Virus record (IMG/VR): IMGVR_UViG_2687453522_000001
Reading direction: 5' to 3' (one strand)
Source of the DNA: a virus
Lineage: Duplodnaviria; Heunggongvirae; Uroviricota; Caudoviricetes
DNA: 64,000 bases
Position 1 is the first letter of the stretch. Each line of letters begins with the position of its first letter. The notes beneath the pieces were generated by a model. The model was given only the letters and a program-made list of their open reading frames with translations. It was not told the DNA's origin and did no database searches. The position numbers and the translations under genes were made by a program. Shown one piece after another: positions 1-10,100 of the stretch.

Positions 1-7
1 GCTCTTT

Positions 8-24
8 ATTGCTCTAATTATTTG
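8..24 (+). promoter_or_regulatory. P1 C1-repressor operator-like site (ATTGCTCTAATTATTTG)
   Basis: Matches the recalled 17-bp C1 operator consensus ATTGCTCTAATAAATTT in 14/17 positions with the core ATTGCTCTAAT intact; lies just upstream of ORF 41..352. Confidence 0.4.
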
Positions 25-40
25 ATATTTATGGTTACAC

Positions 41-352
41 ATGCGGAAGGATTTCAAAATAGACGGAAAATATGTGGTGCTGTCTGTAAGCTCTCAAATT
101 CAGTCACCATCTGTCATTGTCACCGTAAAGTTGAGCGATAGGATGCCTGATATCGACTCGATATCTGTTGCGTTCCCCGTTAAAAGCATGCGGAGTGCTG
201 AACATTTTGTGATGAATGCAACGGAGGAGGAAGCACGGCGCGGGCTTACTAGAGTGATGGCGGAATTTGGCGAACTCCTGGGTAAGGTAAACAATTCCCT
301 TTCAATCAGTTCAGCAAGATCCAAAGCGTTAACAGCTTCCATGATGAAATAA
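41..352 (+). CDS. hypothetical small protein upstream of ref
   Basis: 103-aa ORF in the track; no recognisable motifs; true start may be an internal Met. Confidence 0.3.
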   Translation: MRKDFKIDGKYVVLSVSSQIQSPSVIVTVKLSDRMPDIDSISVAFPVKSMRSAEHFVMNATEEEARRGLTRVMAEFGELLGKVNNSLSISSARSKALTASMMK

Positions 353-482
353 AAAAGCCTGGCAAGGAGCCAGGCTACACAAAAGAGCGGGTTTGTATTC
401 CGCATCCAATCAATCAAGAAGGAGTATAGCACACAGGTACTGAAGTGAAAAAATGTGATTCGCGATAAACAAAATATCGACC

Positions 483-507
483 ATTGCTCTAATTGATTGC
501 TATAATT
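483..507 (+). promoter_or_regulatory. C1 operator-like site (ATTGCTCTAATTGATTG) overlapping a TATAAT -10 hexamer; probable C1-controlled ref promoter
   Basis: Operator core at 483-499 followed directly by gcTATAATtt at 502-507; ref is a known C1-repressed gene in P1. Confidence 0.5.
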
Positions 508-567
508 TAGCCGCAGTTTTTGTCAACTACGAAGACGTTGCCATTACTTAACTCCTTGACATCATTG

Positions 568-592
568 GCGGCCATCAGGCCGCCTTTTTTTT
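568..592 (+). terminator. hairpin plus T8 tract in the ref leader (attenuator-like)
   Basis: GGCGGCC-atca-GGCCGCC perfect 7-bp stem followed by TTTTTTTT, ending 5 nt before the ref ATG. Confidence 0.4.
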
Positions 593-597
593 GCCAT

Positions 598-1158
598 ATG
601 AAAACAATCGAACAAAAAATTGAACAGCACCGTAAGTGGCAGAAGGCAGCCAGAGAACGAGCGATCGCTCGGCAACGGGAGAAGTTGGCTGATCCGGCCT
701 GGCGAGAATCTCAATATCAGAAAATGCGGAATACTATCGACCGCCGTATCGCTAAACAGAAAGAGCGCCCACCAGCCAGCAAAACGCGGAAAAGCGCGGT
801 AAAGATAAAATCTCGTGGCTTGAAGGGGCGAACACCGACAGCGGAGGAACGGAGCATCGCCAATGCTCTTGGCGCTCTCCCCTGCATTGCCTGCTACATG
901 CATGGAGTAATATCTGAAGAGGTGTCTCTGCACCATATTTCCGGTCGTACCGCGCCTGGTTGTCACAAAAAGCAATTGCCACTTTGTAGATGGCACCACC
1001 AGCATGCAGCACCGGCTGAAGTAAGAGCAAAATACCCCTGGCTGGTCCCTGTTCATGCCGATGGTGTGGTTGGAGGCAAGAAAGAATTCACCCTGCTGAA
1101 CAAGTCAGAGATGGAGTTACTGGCTGACGCCTATGAGATGGCAAACATCATGCACTAA
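598..1158 (+). CDS. ref: Ref, HNH-family endonuclease (recombination enhancement function), 186 aa
   Basis: Starts MKTIEQKIEQHRKW; Cys/His HNH-like motifs (CIACYMHG, LHHISGR, CHKK, CRWHH); length from the internal ATG equals P1 Ref; C1 operator upstream. Confidence 0.7.
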   Translation: MKTIEQKIEQHRKWQKAARERAIARQREKLADPAWRESQYQKMRNTIDRRIAKQKERPPASKTRKSAVKIKSRGLKGRTPTAEERSIANALGALPCIACYMHGVISEEVSLHHISGRTAPGCHKKQLPLCRWHHQHAAPAEVRAKYPWLVPVHADGVVGGKKEFTLLNKSEMELLADAYEMANIMH

Positions 1159-1308
1159 TAAATATATTATTTTTAATAATAAATGATTGACAACTGACAA
1201 GTGACTTCAGTCAGAATCATCACATGCCCGGTACGGATGGATCCCTTTTCAAATATTCCATGGACGGCACAGTCTGAGTACCGGGCGCTACCTTCAGTTG
1301 TATTGCTA

Positions 1309-1337
1309 AGCCGCCGCTGGTGGCTTTTCTTTTTTGT
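1309..1337 (+). terminator. putative intrinsic terminator downstream of ref
   Basis: GCCGCC-gct-GGTGGC stem (one G-U pair) followed by TTTTCTTTTTT; contains a Chi octamer GCTGGTGG at 1315-1322. Confidence 0.3.
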
Positions 1338-1346
1338 AGGGGCGCT

Positions 1347-1988
1347 ATGGATAAGAAAATATGCGTTGTTTCGATGAGCGTCGGCAAACCGGCATCAATG
1401 ACTGCTGCATGGATCAATAACGAGCTGATAATGGCTGAGCGGACCAGCTACCCTGAACGCCGCCGCGATATGGAACTCCAGCTGCTGCGCGAATTGCGAG
1501 AAAAAGAGGAAAAGGGTTTTATCGTGCTGGTGGAAGAGGAAAACAGCTTTATTACTGGTCGAGTTGGCCAGCGTGTAAGGTTGCGCGATCCCTTCATGAA
1601 CGGCAGGCCGGTACTAATTGAGGCAATGCAGATTTATAAGGAGCTGGAACGCCAGAAAGCAATCAAGTTACCGCGCAAGGAATCCGGCAAATACATCCTC
1701 CACCAAAGCATCTTCGATTCCGAACACGATAAAAAAGGCGATGAATTTTTCAACATCAACTGGAGCGAAATAACGACAGAGCACGTTCTGACGTTGTTAT
1801 GCTGCTTCGCAACGGAATATAACAACGTTGCAAGCGCCGACTACATTAGGGCAATGGCAGGAGAAGTTGATGCCCGCCAGGAATCATCGTTACTAAGCCC
1901 TCTGATTAACATAATTCGCGGAACCCAAACACTGGCACAAAAACGGGTGCCTAAAGGGGAGTTAACTGGAAAAGGAAATTATCTATAA
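1347..1988 (+). CDS. hypothetical protein at the P1 mat position
   Basis: ORF (track 1320..1988) with an AGGGG Shine-Dalgarno before ATG 1347; backbone-like GC by eye; no diagnostic motifs. Confidence 0.45.
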   Translation: MDKKICVVSMSVGKPASMTAAWINNELIMAERTSYPERRRDMELQLLRELREKEEKGFIVLVEEENSFITGRVGQRVRLRDPFMNGRPVLIEAMQIYKELERQKAIKLPRKESGKYILHQSIFDSEHDKKGDEFFNINWSEITTEHVLTLLCCFATEYNNVASADYIRAMAGEVDARQESSLLSPLINIIRGTQTLAQKRVPKGELTGKGNYL

Positions 1989-2044
1989 ACGTCAATGCAT
2001 TAGGGTATACTTCTCCATAGAACTATAAGTAAATGGAGTAAGTA

Positions 2045-3352
2045 ATGAGCGAATATGTTGAGTTAGCATACGCTGCCGCTACAAGCAGGCTTTGTCTATT
2101 TACCGGGACTGGCTTTTCAAAGGCAGTCTCGAACGGTGAAGCTCCAACGTGGAAGGAACTATTAAAAAAAGTTTGCAGCAAAGTTCACAATGCCAAAAAG
2201 TTGGAAGACACGTTATTCCCTGATGATAAACCACCAGCACTGAGTCTTGAAGAAGCCGCACAAATACTATCTTTGAAGCTCAATATTGAGGGTAAGTCGA
2301 TTTATGATGAAATTGTTGACATCATATCTCCAATTCAACTTGGAGAAGACATATCAAATATAAAAGATTTTTTCCAAAAAAACTCATTCCGTGTCATTAC
2401 AACAAATTATGACAAGTTGGCTGAATGCTTGGTTGGAGATGAAAGTGTGCAGTCTATCACGCCCGGCCTGCCAATTCCAAAGTATCCATCCAAGGTGAAA
2501 ATATATCATGTTCATGGTTCTATTGATTCGCCAAAAAATATGATTGTCACTTCAGATGATTACTTCAGATTTATAAATTCCGATACTTATTTTTCACGAA
2601 AACTTAGTACGATGCTGCATGAAAATACAGTTGCGATATTAGGGTATTCTTTAAGCGACACAAATCTTAAAGCAATTATAAATGACTATAAAAAATTTTC
2701 GAAAAATAATGCCCTGTGCTCTAATATCTTTTTGATATCTCGCAACAAAGTAAGTCAAGATATGAAGGATTATTACTTCTATTGCTTTGGTATAAGGGTA
2801 ATTGACAATACAGAAATAGATTGTTTCTTTAGTCGATTAAGTTATAAGATTTCTCTCATTAAAGACATCATTGAAAGAGCGCGCGAAAATATCAGAAAAG
2901 TTGTTTCGGGGGCTTACACTTATAAAAATGAATATCTTAAATTAGAGGATTCATTTTATCAAATTATATCATCAATTATATCGGAAGGTTTAGATTGGAA
3001 TGATGATAAAGTCGTTTCTCTTTTCGAAAGGATAATAGAAAAAAAGAGAAAGTTAACAAGGAATAACGGAGCGTGGGAGCAATATGAACAGTTGGCAAAA
3101 TGGCTTATATATTTTGGAAGCATCATAGAGGTTAGCAATACTAAGTATGAAAAAACATATTTAGACGCAGTTGAATACTCGATGGGTCATATGAGTAAAG
3201 AAAGGAATTGGGGAGTTTCTTGGCATGCTTACAGAGCTTGGGAAACACGATGGCCTGCAATAATTGCCTCAAATAGATTAATGATAAAAAACCACATTGA
3301 AACATTAGGCACCTTGAAGGACGCCAACCTTATAGTTAAGAATATAGTGTAA
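2045..3352 (+). CDS. SIR2-like (sirtuin-fold, putative NAD+-hydrolysing) domain protein, 435 aa; candidate single-gene anti-phage defense
   Basis: N-terminal LFTGTGFSKA (Rossmann glycine loop), RVITTNYDKL (N121) and KIYHVHGSID (H157), spaced as in defense-associated SIR2 domains; alpha-helical C-terminal ~170 aa of unknown function; markedly AT-rich versus neighbours; GGAG Shine-Dalgarno. Confidence 0.8.
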   Translation: MSEYVELAYAAATSRLCLFTGTGFSKAVSNGEAPTWKELLKKVCSKVHNAKKLEDTLFPDDKPPALSLEEAAQILSLKLNIEGKSIYDEIVDIISPIQLGEDISNIKDFFQKNSFRVITTNYDKLAECLVGDESVQSITPGLPIPKYPSKVKIYHVHGSIDSPKNMIVTSDDYFRFINSDTYFSRKLSTMLHENTVAILGYSLSDTNLKAIINDYKKFSKNNALCSNIFLISRNKVSQDMKDYYFYCFGIRVIDNTEIDCFFSRLSYKISLIKDIIERARENIRKVVSGAYTYKNEYLKLEDSFYQIISSIISEGLDWNDDKVVSLFERIIEKKRKLTRNNGAWEQYEQLAKWLIYFGSIIEVSNTKYEKTYLDAVEYSMGHMSKERNWGVSWHAYRAWETRWPAIIASNRLMIKNHIETLGTLKDANLIVKNIV

Positions 3353-3372
3353 TTGTGGTCGATAAAAATTTA

Positions 3373-3396
3373 TCGGGCAGATAAAACTGCCCGATA
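3373..3396. terminator. bidirectional hairpin between the convergent SIR2-like gene and the lxc-like gene
   Basis: ATCGGGCAG-ataaaa-CTGCCCGAT perfect 9-bp inverted repeat with A/T-rich flanks. Confidence 0.45.
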
Positions 3397-3398
3397 AA

Positions 3399-3647
3399 TT
3401 AATCAGCATTCAGGAGCAATGCGTTATCTATGATGATCTGCTCCCATTCTTCGAATGCCCGGTCACGGACGCCCTGGGGAACGCTGTTAGTTTTGAAATC
3501 GACGACCGTACGCCATTTCCCGTCCGGACGGTACATGCGCAGAGCTTTACTTCCCCCTTCCCTGCGCACCTCAACGTTATGCTTATCAGCAAACTCTTGT
3601 AATGCTCGTAGCGTCCCATGCTTTACTGTGTAGTATCGCTTTTTCAA
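3399..3647 (-). CDS. lxc: Lxc (Bof)-like small protein, 82 aa
   Basis: Size and position (downstream of ulx and darB on the same strand) fit P1 lxc; named on synteny and size only. Confidence 0.4.
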   Translation of the reverse strand: MKKRYYTVKHGTLRALQEFADKHNVEVRREGGSKALRMYRPDGKWRTVVDFKTNSVPQGVRDRAFEEWEQIIIDNALLLNAD

Positions 3648-4084
3648 GTTTTCTCTCCAGCCTGTGCTAAGGCTTCAACTTCCAAATCGTAAGACTCAAA
3701 CTCATAGTCCTGGTCGTCAACCTCTTCAGGCACTGGCAGTAAATGCCAGGCTGAGTATATCTGACCATTATCAAAACGCTCCTGGCTGTAGAGCGTCGCA
3801 GCTATGAGCGTCAGCGCCGGGCGGTCATAACGGTAAATTTTGCGAACGTCACGGTCAACGAGACGACCGAAATTACCATAACCGCGCTCCAGTAATAATT
3901 TTTTAATTTCCGGCCAGTATGGACCATAGCTGCGGTACAGGCGGGGATTTTTCAGTAATCGCCCGCGTAGCCCTGACAGGAAGAAATCAACGTATTCGTC
4001 TTCTGTCTTTCCTAACAACGCTGTACGGAGTACCGCCTCAAGATATGTTTTATTCGGTTTTATTGTATCAGATAGTGTGGCCAT
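3644..4084 (-). CDS. ulx: Ulx-like protein, 146 aa
   Basis: Lies between darB and the lxc-like gene with a 4-nt overlap onto lxc; named on synteny only. Confidence 0.4.
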   Translation of the reverse strand: MATLSDTIKPNKTYLEAVLRTALLGKTEDEYVDFFLSGLRGRLLKNPRLYRSYGPYWPEIKKLLLERGYGNFGRLVDRDVRKIYRYDRPALTLIAATLYSQERFDNGQIYSAWHLLPVPEEVDDQDYEFESYDLEVEALAQAGEKT

Positions 4085-4117
4085 ATTATGCGACGCCCGG
4101 CGAACCGGGCGCTCCTG

Positions 4118-7100
4118 TTATGCGTATTGTTGGATGACGGCCAGAACGTCCGCCACGTTGTGTTTTGTCTCGATAATCCACCAGTTACCCGGGAAATCGC
4201 TGTTCTTCGCCTTCGCTGGCAGCCAGCGAGCGCCGAATTTCGCCTTGATTGCGTCTTTCGCACGGAAAAGAACGCCTTTCATGCCTGAGGCTTCCTGAAG
4301 CCCAAATACCTCGCCAGCGGCGAATTTTGGTGCGTACATCATCTTCAGGTCGGCGGTGGATACGCGATAATTCAGACCAAGAGACTGAGCTATGCTGGTG
4401 GCATCACCCTGTATTGATGATAACTCTTCTTGTTTCTCGTTTCTGGCGGCAATTTCTTCCTCCGTGATGTTGCCAAGGGCCAGGTTTATCCGATCAGCGT
4501 CGGCCTGTTTCTCTTCATCGGTGCGCCCGGCAAGAACCGTGTTAATTCTCTGCAATATCTCCACATGATTCTTACGCATGCTGAGCAATTCCGGCGTAAC
4601 TTCGTTAAGATCCACCAGCCCAAGGATGGCAAGGTCGGAAAACATTGATACCAGGTTGTAGGTCATGCGATAGCTGAGTTGGCCATAGGCTGATGGCAAC
4701 TGCACCGCATCCATTTGATAGGCATCCATAAATTTAGAGCCGTCGTTTACGACATCCGCAATTGCAGGTGTGATTTTCCCTGTGGTAGCGGCCTCCCTGA
4801 TTGCTGTTACCCACGATTGAGTCAGTGCGGCGACTGCATGAATCAGATTGGCTTCCCGTTCTGCTGCGATGCGCGCGCTTGCTGAGTCCATTGCCTGCTT
4901 GATCTCGGCTTTATTGCTGTAAATGCCAATGGTGCCAAACTGTGCTGTGGTGATCTCATAATCTGACGCCCGGAACTCATGGGTACCGAAAATGGCATTG
5001 GTGACCTCAAGTTCAGAATCCCCGTTACGAGTAGCCCCCTGGCTTGTTTTCTCCGGCATTTTTGCGATCGCATCCGCTATTTTCTCCTGAATTGCTTCAG
5101 GGGATAGCGTATCTCCGTATGACGCGATTACATCGCCATAATTGGAGCCAAACAATTCAACCAGGAATGTTTCTGCCGAACGGATCTGGCGGTTATTCCC
5201 TTCCGACATCATACCAAGCACCCATTTTGCAATTGACGACTTCAGCGCGCCGTCACGGCGATCCGGGTAAACCGCATGCTTCAGTGGGTCCGTATAGGTA
5301 CCAACAAAATCAATGCTATAGCCTGACTCTGTAGTCTGAACGCCGTATGAGTCAGTGATTTTGATCATGCCGCGCTGCTGGAAACGGTAGAAATCGTCAC
5401 AGGAAATGATGTCGTTAATCCCGGCGATGGAGACGCCACCACTGATTTTCTGCATAACAGCATCTTCATCGGGAGTTACATCCACCTGTTTATCCAGCGT
5501 CTTCACATCCCAGTTACCCGATTTGGTGCCTTTGAAGGTAAAGATGATCTCCACGTCTGCGCGCTGGCTGTCGAAGTCCAGCGACTTAATACGAACGATA
5601 TCACCGGCACAATCGTAGTATTGGCCTACACGCCATGAGCGATCGCCGATAACAAGGAACTCATTCGCATGGTTAACCAGATCAGGATCAACATCCAGAA
5701 TGCCTTTATTTATTGCATCCTCCACCAGTGGGCGCAGGCGTTTGATATCCGTCGCGGCCTTCTGAGTACGGTTCAATAATTTCTCATAGCGGGAGATGGC
5801 TTGAGAGATATTAGCCTTGCGCTGAATGGCGCTTTTCAACGACGCGCGATACTGTGCTAACAACGTACGGTCTGTGTGATGGACGCTACCCCAGCGGGCC
5901 TTCCAGTCTGCGTTATCAGCTGCTTTGGCCATTACCGCCTGTTTGAATTTAGCTACCTCGGCGGTGGTCTTTTCAAGTTCCGCTTTGCTTCGCTCTAATT
6001 CAGCGGTAAGTACCTCCACATCCTCGCCAGCTGCGTGCTGCGCCTTGATGTAGTTCTGAAGGTCGATAGTAGCCTGTTCTTTCTGGCGAGCGCGTTGCGC
6101 GGCTTTCGCCTTATCCATTTGAACCTGCATCATTGCCAGACGTTCGCCATCATCCTTAGCGGTATACATCTGCATTTCGATCATGTCATTGGCGTCGGCG
6201 TTCTCCATTTCTGACTTATCTGAACGGAGGATATCGGAGATCCAGCCTGCTTTACGCTTCAGCGTCTTCAGTCGGTATTCATCGAAAGACCCCTTGCCGC
6301 AGTAGTAGTGAACGCGAACGCTTGCACGGTTGGAGCCAACTCGTGCACCGCGACCGTTACGTTGTGCGATACTGGCTGGTGTCCACGGCAACGTCAGGTG
6401 GTGGATATCCGTCGTTCCTCGATGCAGGTTGATACCCACCTCTGCCTTTTTGTTGCAGATGATGATCGGAGTCCGGCCCTCCTGGAAGTCGGCAGCAATC
6501 TTTTCCAGCCCACCCAGCGACATTTCATTTTGCTGCGCGATATAGGCGTCATACAGAGCCATTTGCTCGTTGTATTTCGCTATCTGTGCATCTGTTGGTT
6601 CATCCGGTAGCTCTTTCGGCGGTTTAACCGCTTTCAGTTTCTTACCGGTTTTACCTGCCTCGGCAACCGTCTGAGCATTCAGGATCCCCACCTTTGAAGG
6701 TTCAAGGTTAAGAGCATTGCAGATAATGCGCTTGAGCTTCTGGTGTTGCGTTTTTTCATCGGTGAAGATGATTTGCTTACCTTCCGGGAAAAACTCCTTC
6801 AGCGTGGCAATCAGCTTCGCGTATTTGGGCGTAACGGGGTGAGTTACGGTCTGTTCGTCAATGCCAAACTTGGCCAGGCGCTTATTCACTTCCTGCTCAA
6901 ATGCTTCCGGTACCTGCAACTGAATAAACTCGCCCTTATCTATCAGGGAGTATTGCGATTGCTGCGTGATCGAATCATCACTGTCGTCGTCTTCGCTGGT
7001 GGCTTGTTTAGGCAAACTGTCCGCCAGCTGCTGCACCGCATCGGCGTACTCCGGCAGGAAACGATAGGTGATCCTGCGATAGTACAGGTCCATGTCAGTA

Positions 7101-10100
7101 CATACGCGGTCCATATCCCTGATTATTGAGAAGATCGGACGGGCTTTCTCGTGCTCAATCACGCCGTCTTCATTGACCGAGGTCGTTACGCCATTGTTGG
7201 CTTTGGCTGCCGCTTCCGCCTGCTGACGCAATTCTTCATACGCCGCCAGTTGTTCTTCCGTAAGTGGTGCATCCTGCTGGTGTTCGTCCAGTTCCGGGAT
7301 CTCCACGGTATCCTTAACGTCTTCCGCCGTTTTAAGCGTTGTCCAGCGATGGAATATGCCGCGCAGCGCATCAAGGTTTTCAAAGCCCACCAGCGCCATT
7401 TTTTCTTCAACTTCACCGCTGATTTTCTGTACCGTTTCCAGCCTGGTCTTGCCGAAGAATTTAACGAAGTCATCAGGACCGTAGATCCCCATCTTCTGCC
7501 AGTATTCCTTCGGCAGCACATGAGAAAGCATGTTGTATGCATCGATCGGGGTGTTAACGACTGGCGTTGCAGTCAGGAGAACCGGTCCGCGCCCACCATT
7601 CTTTTTCATCAGGTACGCGTTTTTAATTGCCATATCCCGCGCCGATTGCGCCACCGCGCTGGTGGGCAGATAGGCCAGTTGTGACGCTTCGCGACCATTT
7701 TTATAGCTATTGCGGTAGTTGTGACCTTCGTCAGCGATCACACTATCGAAGCCCATATCCTCAAAGTACGGATACTTCTCTGCTTTTTCGGTGCCGGTAT
7801 CTGAATACTCCGACAATACCCGGCGACGCGCGGCCTCTTTGCGGTGGGAGTCGGAGTCCATTGCGCTGGCTACGCGCCCGGCGGCAACGAAGTCATAAAG
7901 CATATCCTGTGCATGCTCATCTACGGTGTCATCACGTAGCGGAATGCGGGCGTATTGTTCTTTGGTAAACACGACTGCACGGTAATTTGAGTGCGGGATC
8001 GCGTTCATCCGCGCCGTGATAGTGGCTTCATCTGCCAGTTTTAGGGCATCGCGCATAACTGGAGTGCCATCAGTACCAAGAACAGGTTTACCGTTCTCAT
8101 CGAGCACCGGCACCTGGCGAATCTGATCGCCATCCATCAGCACATCAAGACCGACGAACAGGTAGTTACTGAATGCCTCTTCACTCAGGAATTCTTTTGC
8201 TTCGTAATACCAGTTTTCCAGCACTGATTTAGGCACTACATACGCAGTACGGGTGGAGCGACCGTTCTCATAGTTGAACGCCTCAAGCGCCAGCGCGGTC
8301 GTAGTTTTACCCAGCCCGGTGCCGAAGCCCAGGATGCCGCGCCCATCTTCGGACAGTCGGCGCACTTCGCTATTCTGGTAATCAAATGGCTGGCGCTTAC
8401 CGCTTAATCCCTTCAACCCAAGCGGATCGCCAGAGTGTTCATACGGGATATTGCTATTGAACACATCGTTGTATTTGGCAACCAGTTCATCGTAGCGATC
8501 GTGCGTCTTGATCCACTTATTGAACTGGTCCTCAAGCAGTGCCATCTGCTCGCGGTAGCCGTTCGCCGTCGCGCTATCTTTGCCACCGATACGCGCACCA
8601 TTGAGATACTTTTCCAGCTGTGCCGGGAACCCGGTCGCGTTTTCACCTGATTTACGGTCCCACTCGTAGCGGATCTCGCCTGTTTCTTTATCCTTGCGCT
8701 GGACGACACCGTATCGGTGCCCGACGAACAGGCCATCACCACCGTGATAGGTGTCAGAAACCATTTCGTCGCCTTCCAGCTGCACTGACTGCACATAGCG
8801 CAGATCCGGATAGCCGTTTTCCTGCAAAAACTCCAGAATGACGGAACGGTCGAACCAACGGCTATTGAGCTTAAACCGGATATTCTCTGCTGGCGTCTTG
8901 ATGCGCTTCTCTTCGATCGCTGCCAGCTGATTAAGGACGTTGTTCTTTACTGGACCGTCGGGGAGCGTGGCGAGGAATTCCTGTTTTGGAGCCACTATCT
9001 CGTTAATGTCGCCGCTGGTGGCGCGGGCGAACGGAACAATCCCGCCATACGGAGAAACCGCAATACCAGGAGTGCTGGCCAATAAATTAAGCAACTCTTC
9101 ATCACTGGCTGGCAATTCGCCGGTAAACGCAAGGCGGAAATCATCGAGCTGGATTGGATCGCGGGTAAGATCGCTATAGAGATAACGCAGGGTGTCCTGA
9201 TAGCTGGTGGAGTCATAACTGGCGCTGGAATCATGCGTAACCAGCTTTCCTGTCAGCTCGTCAGAAATAGTGCCATCCAGCTTAATTGCACCACGGAAAG
9301 CAAACCAGGCGCGCGCACCGCTTCCCGATAATTTAGCTATCGGACCGCGACCAGGGTTACCAAAACGGTCAATCTCTGCCTGCAAACGGGATACCAGAGA
9401 AAGGCGCTGCTGTTCGATTTGTTCAGCACTATGCCCGGCGGCCTTCATATCCTGATATTCAATTAACATCCGGCCAATCATCGCCCCACGATACAAGCGT
9501 TCACGGTATTTTTCAGGCTGGCTGTTAATCCAGTCCACCAGCTGCACCATATCGTCGCTGATTGATGTGGTGTACTTATCGCGGACATTTGCCATCTGGG
9601 TAAATGTCATACCGAGACGGCCTTCTGTTGTAGTCAGGTTACGCTGAAGAGCCTCCCAGCTATCCGCGCCATAACTGGCAGCATCAATTTTAAGTTCCTT
9701 CCCGGCATCAGCTTCAATCCAGCGACCACCAGCATATTTTTGCCATACGCCATTAATCAGGCGCATTTCCCCTTCACCAACAACGTCTGCGGTCAGTGAC
9801 GGTTCAGCCATATCGAGCAAAGACCAGTCGATACGGCTTTCGAAACGATGAATCAGCTTCGCTTTAAGAGCCTGGTTATCAATCTGACCGTCGGCACGAA
9901 CCTCAATACGCCCCTGGAAGCCCTTTTCCTGGGTGCCATGAACAAACCGGCGGCCATCCTTTTCAAACCACTTGCCAGAAATAAACGTTGGCCAAAGCAC
10001 ATTTGCCGATTCAAGAGTGCTTTCATCCACCAGGGGGATTTTCTCAGCCATCTCTGCCGGATGTTTGCGCATCAGCACCACATCAACGACTGTACTGGTC

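Noticed and set aside
2045-3352. Thoeris ThsA, DSR2 or SIR2-HerA assignment for the SIR2-like protein
   Set aside because: No TIR-domain ThsB, HerA, pAgo or other partner gene nearby; no SLOG-like Gly-rich C-terminal domain; the protein is far shorter than DSR proteins. Left as an unclassified standalone SIR2-like candidate.
6308-8841. Plus-strand ORFs of 60-180 aa inside the darB coding region (e.g. 6743-7129, 7151-7684, 8435-8650)
   Set aside because: They lie antisense to a 2255-aa gene with strong motif support, have no ribosome-binding sites, and read as Arg/Leu-rich artefacts of the opposite strand.
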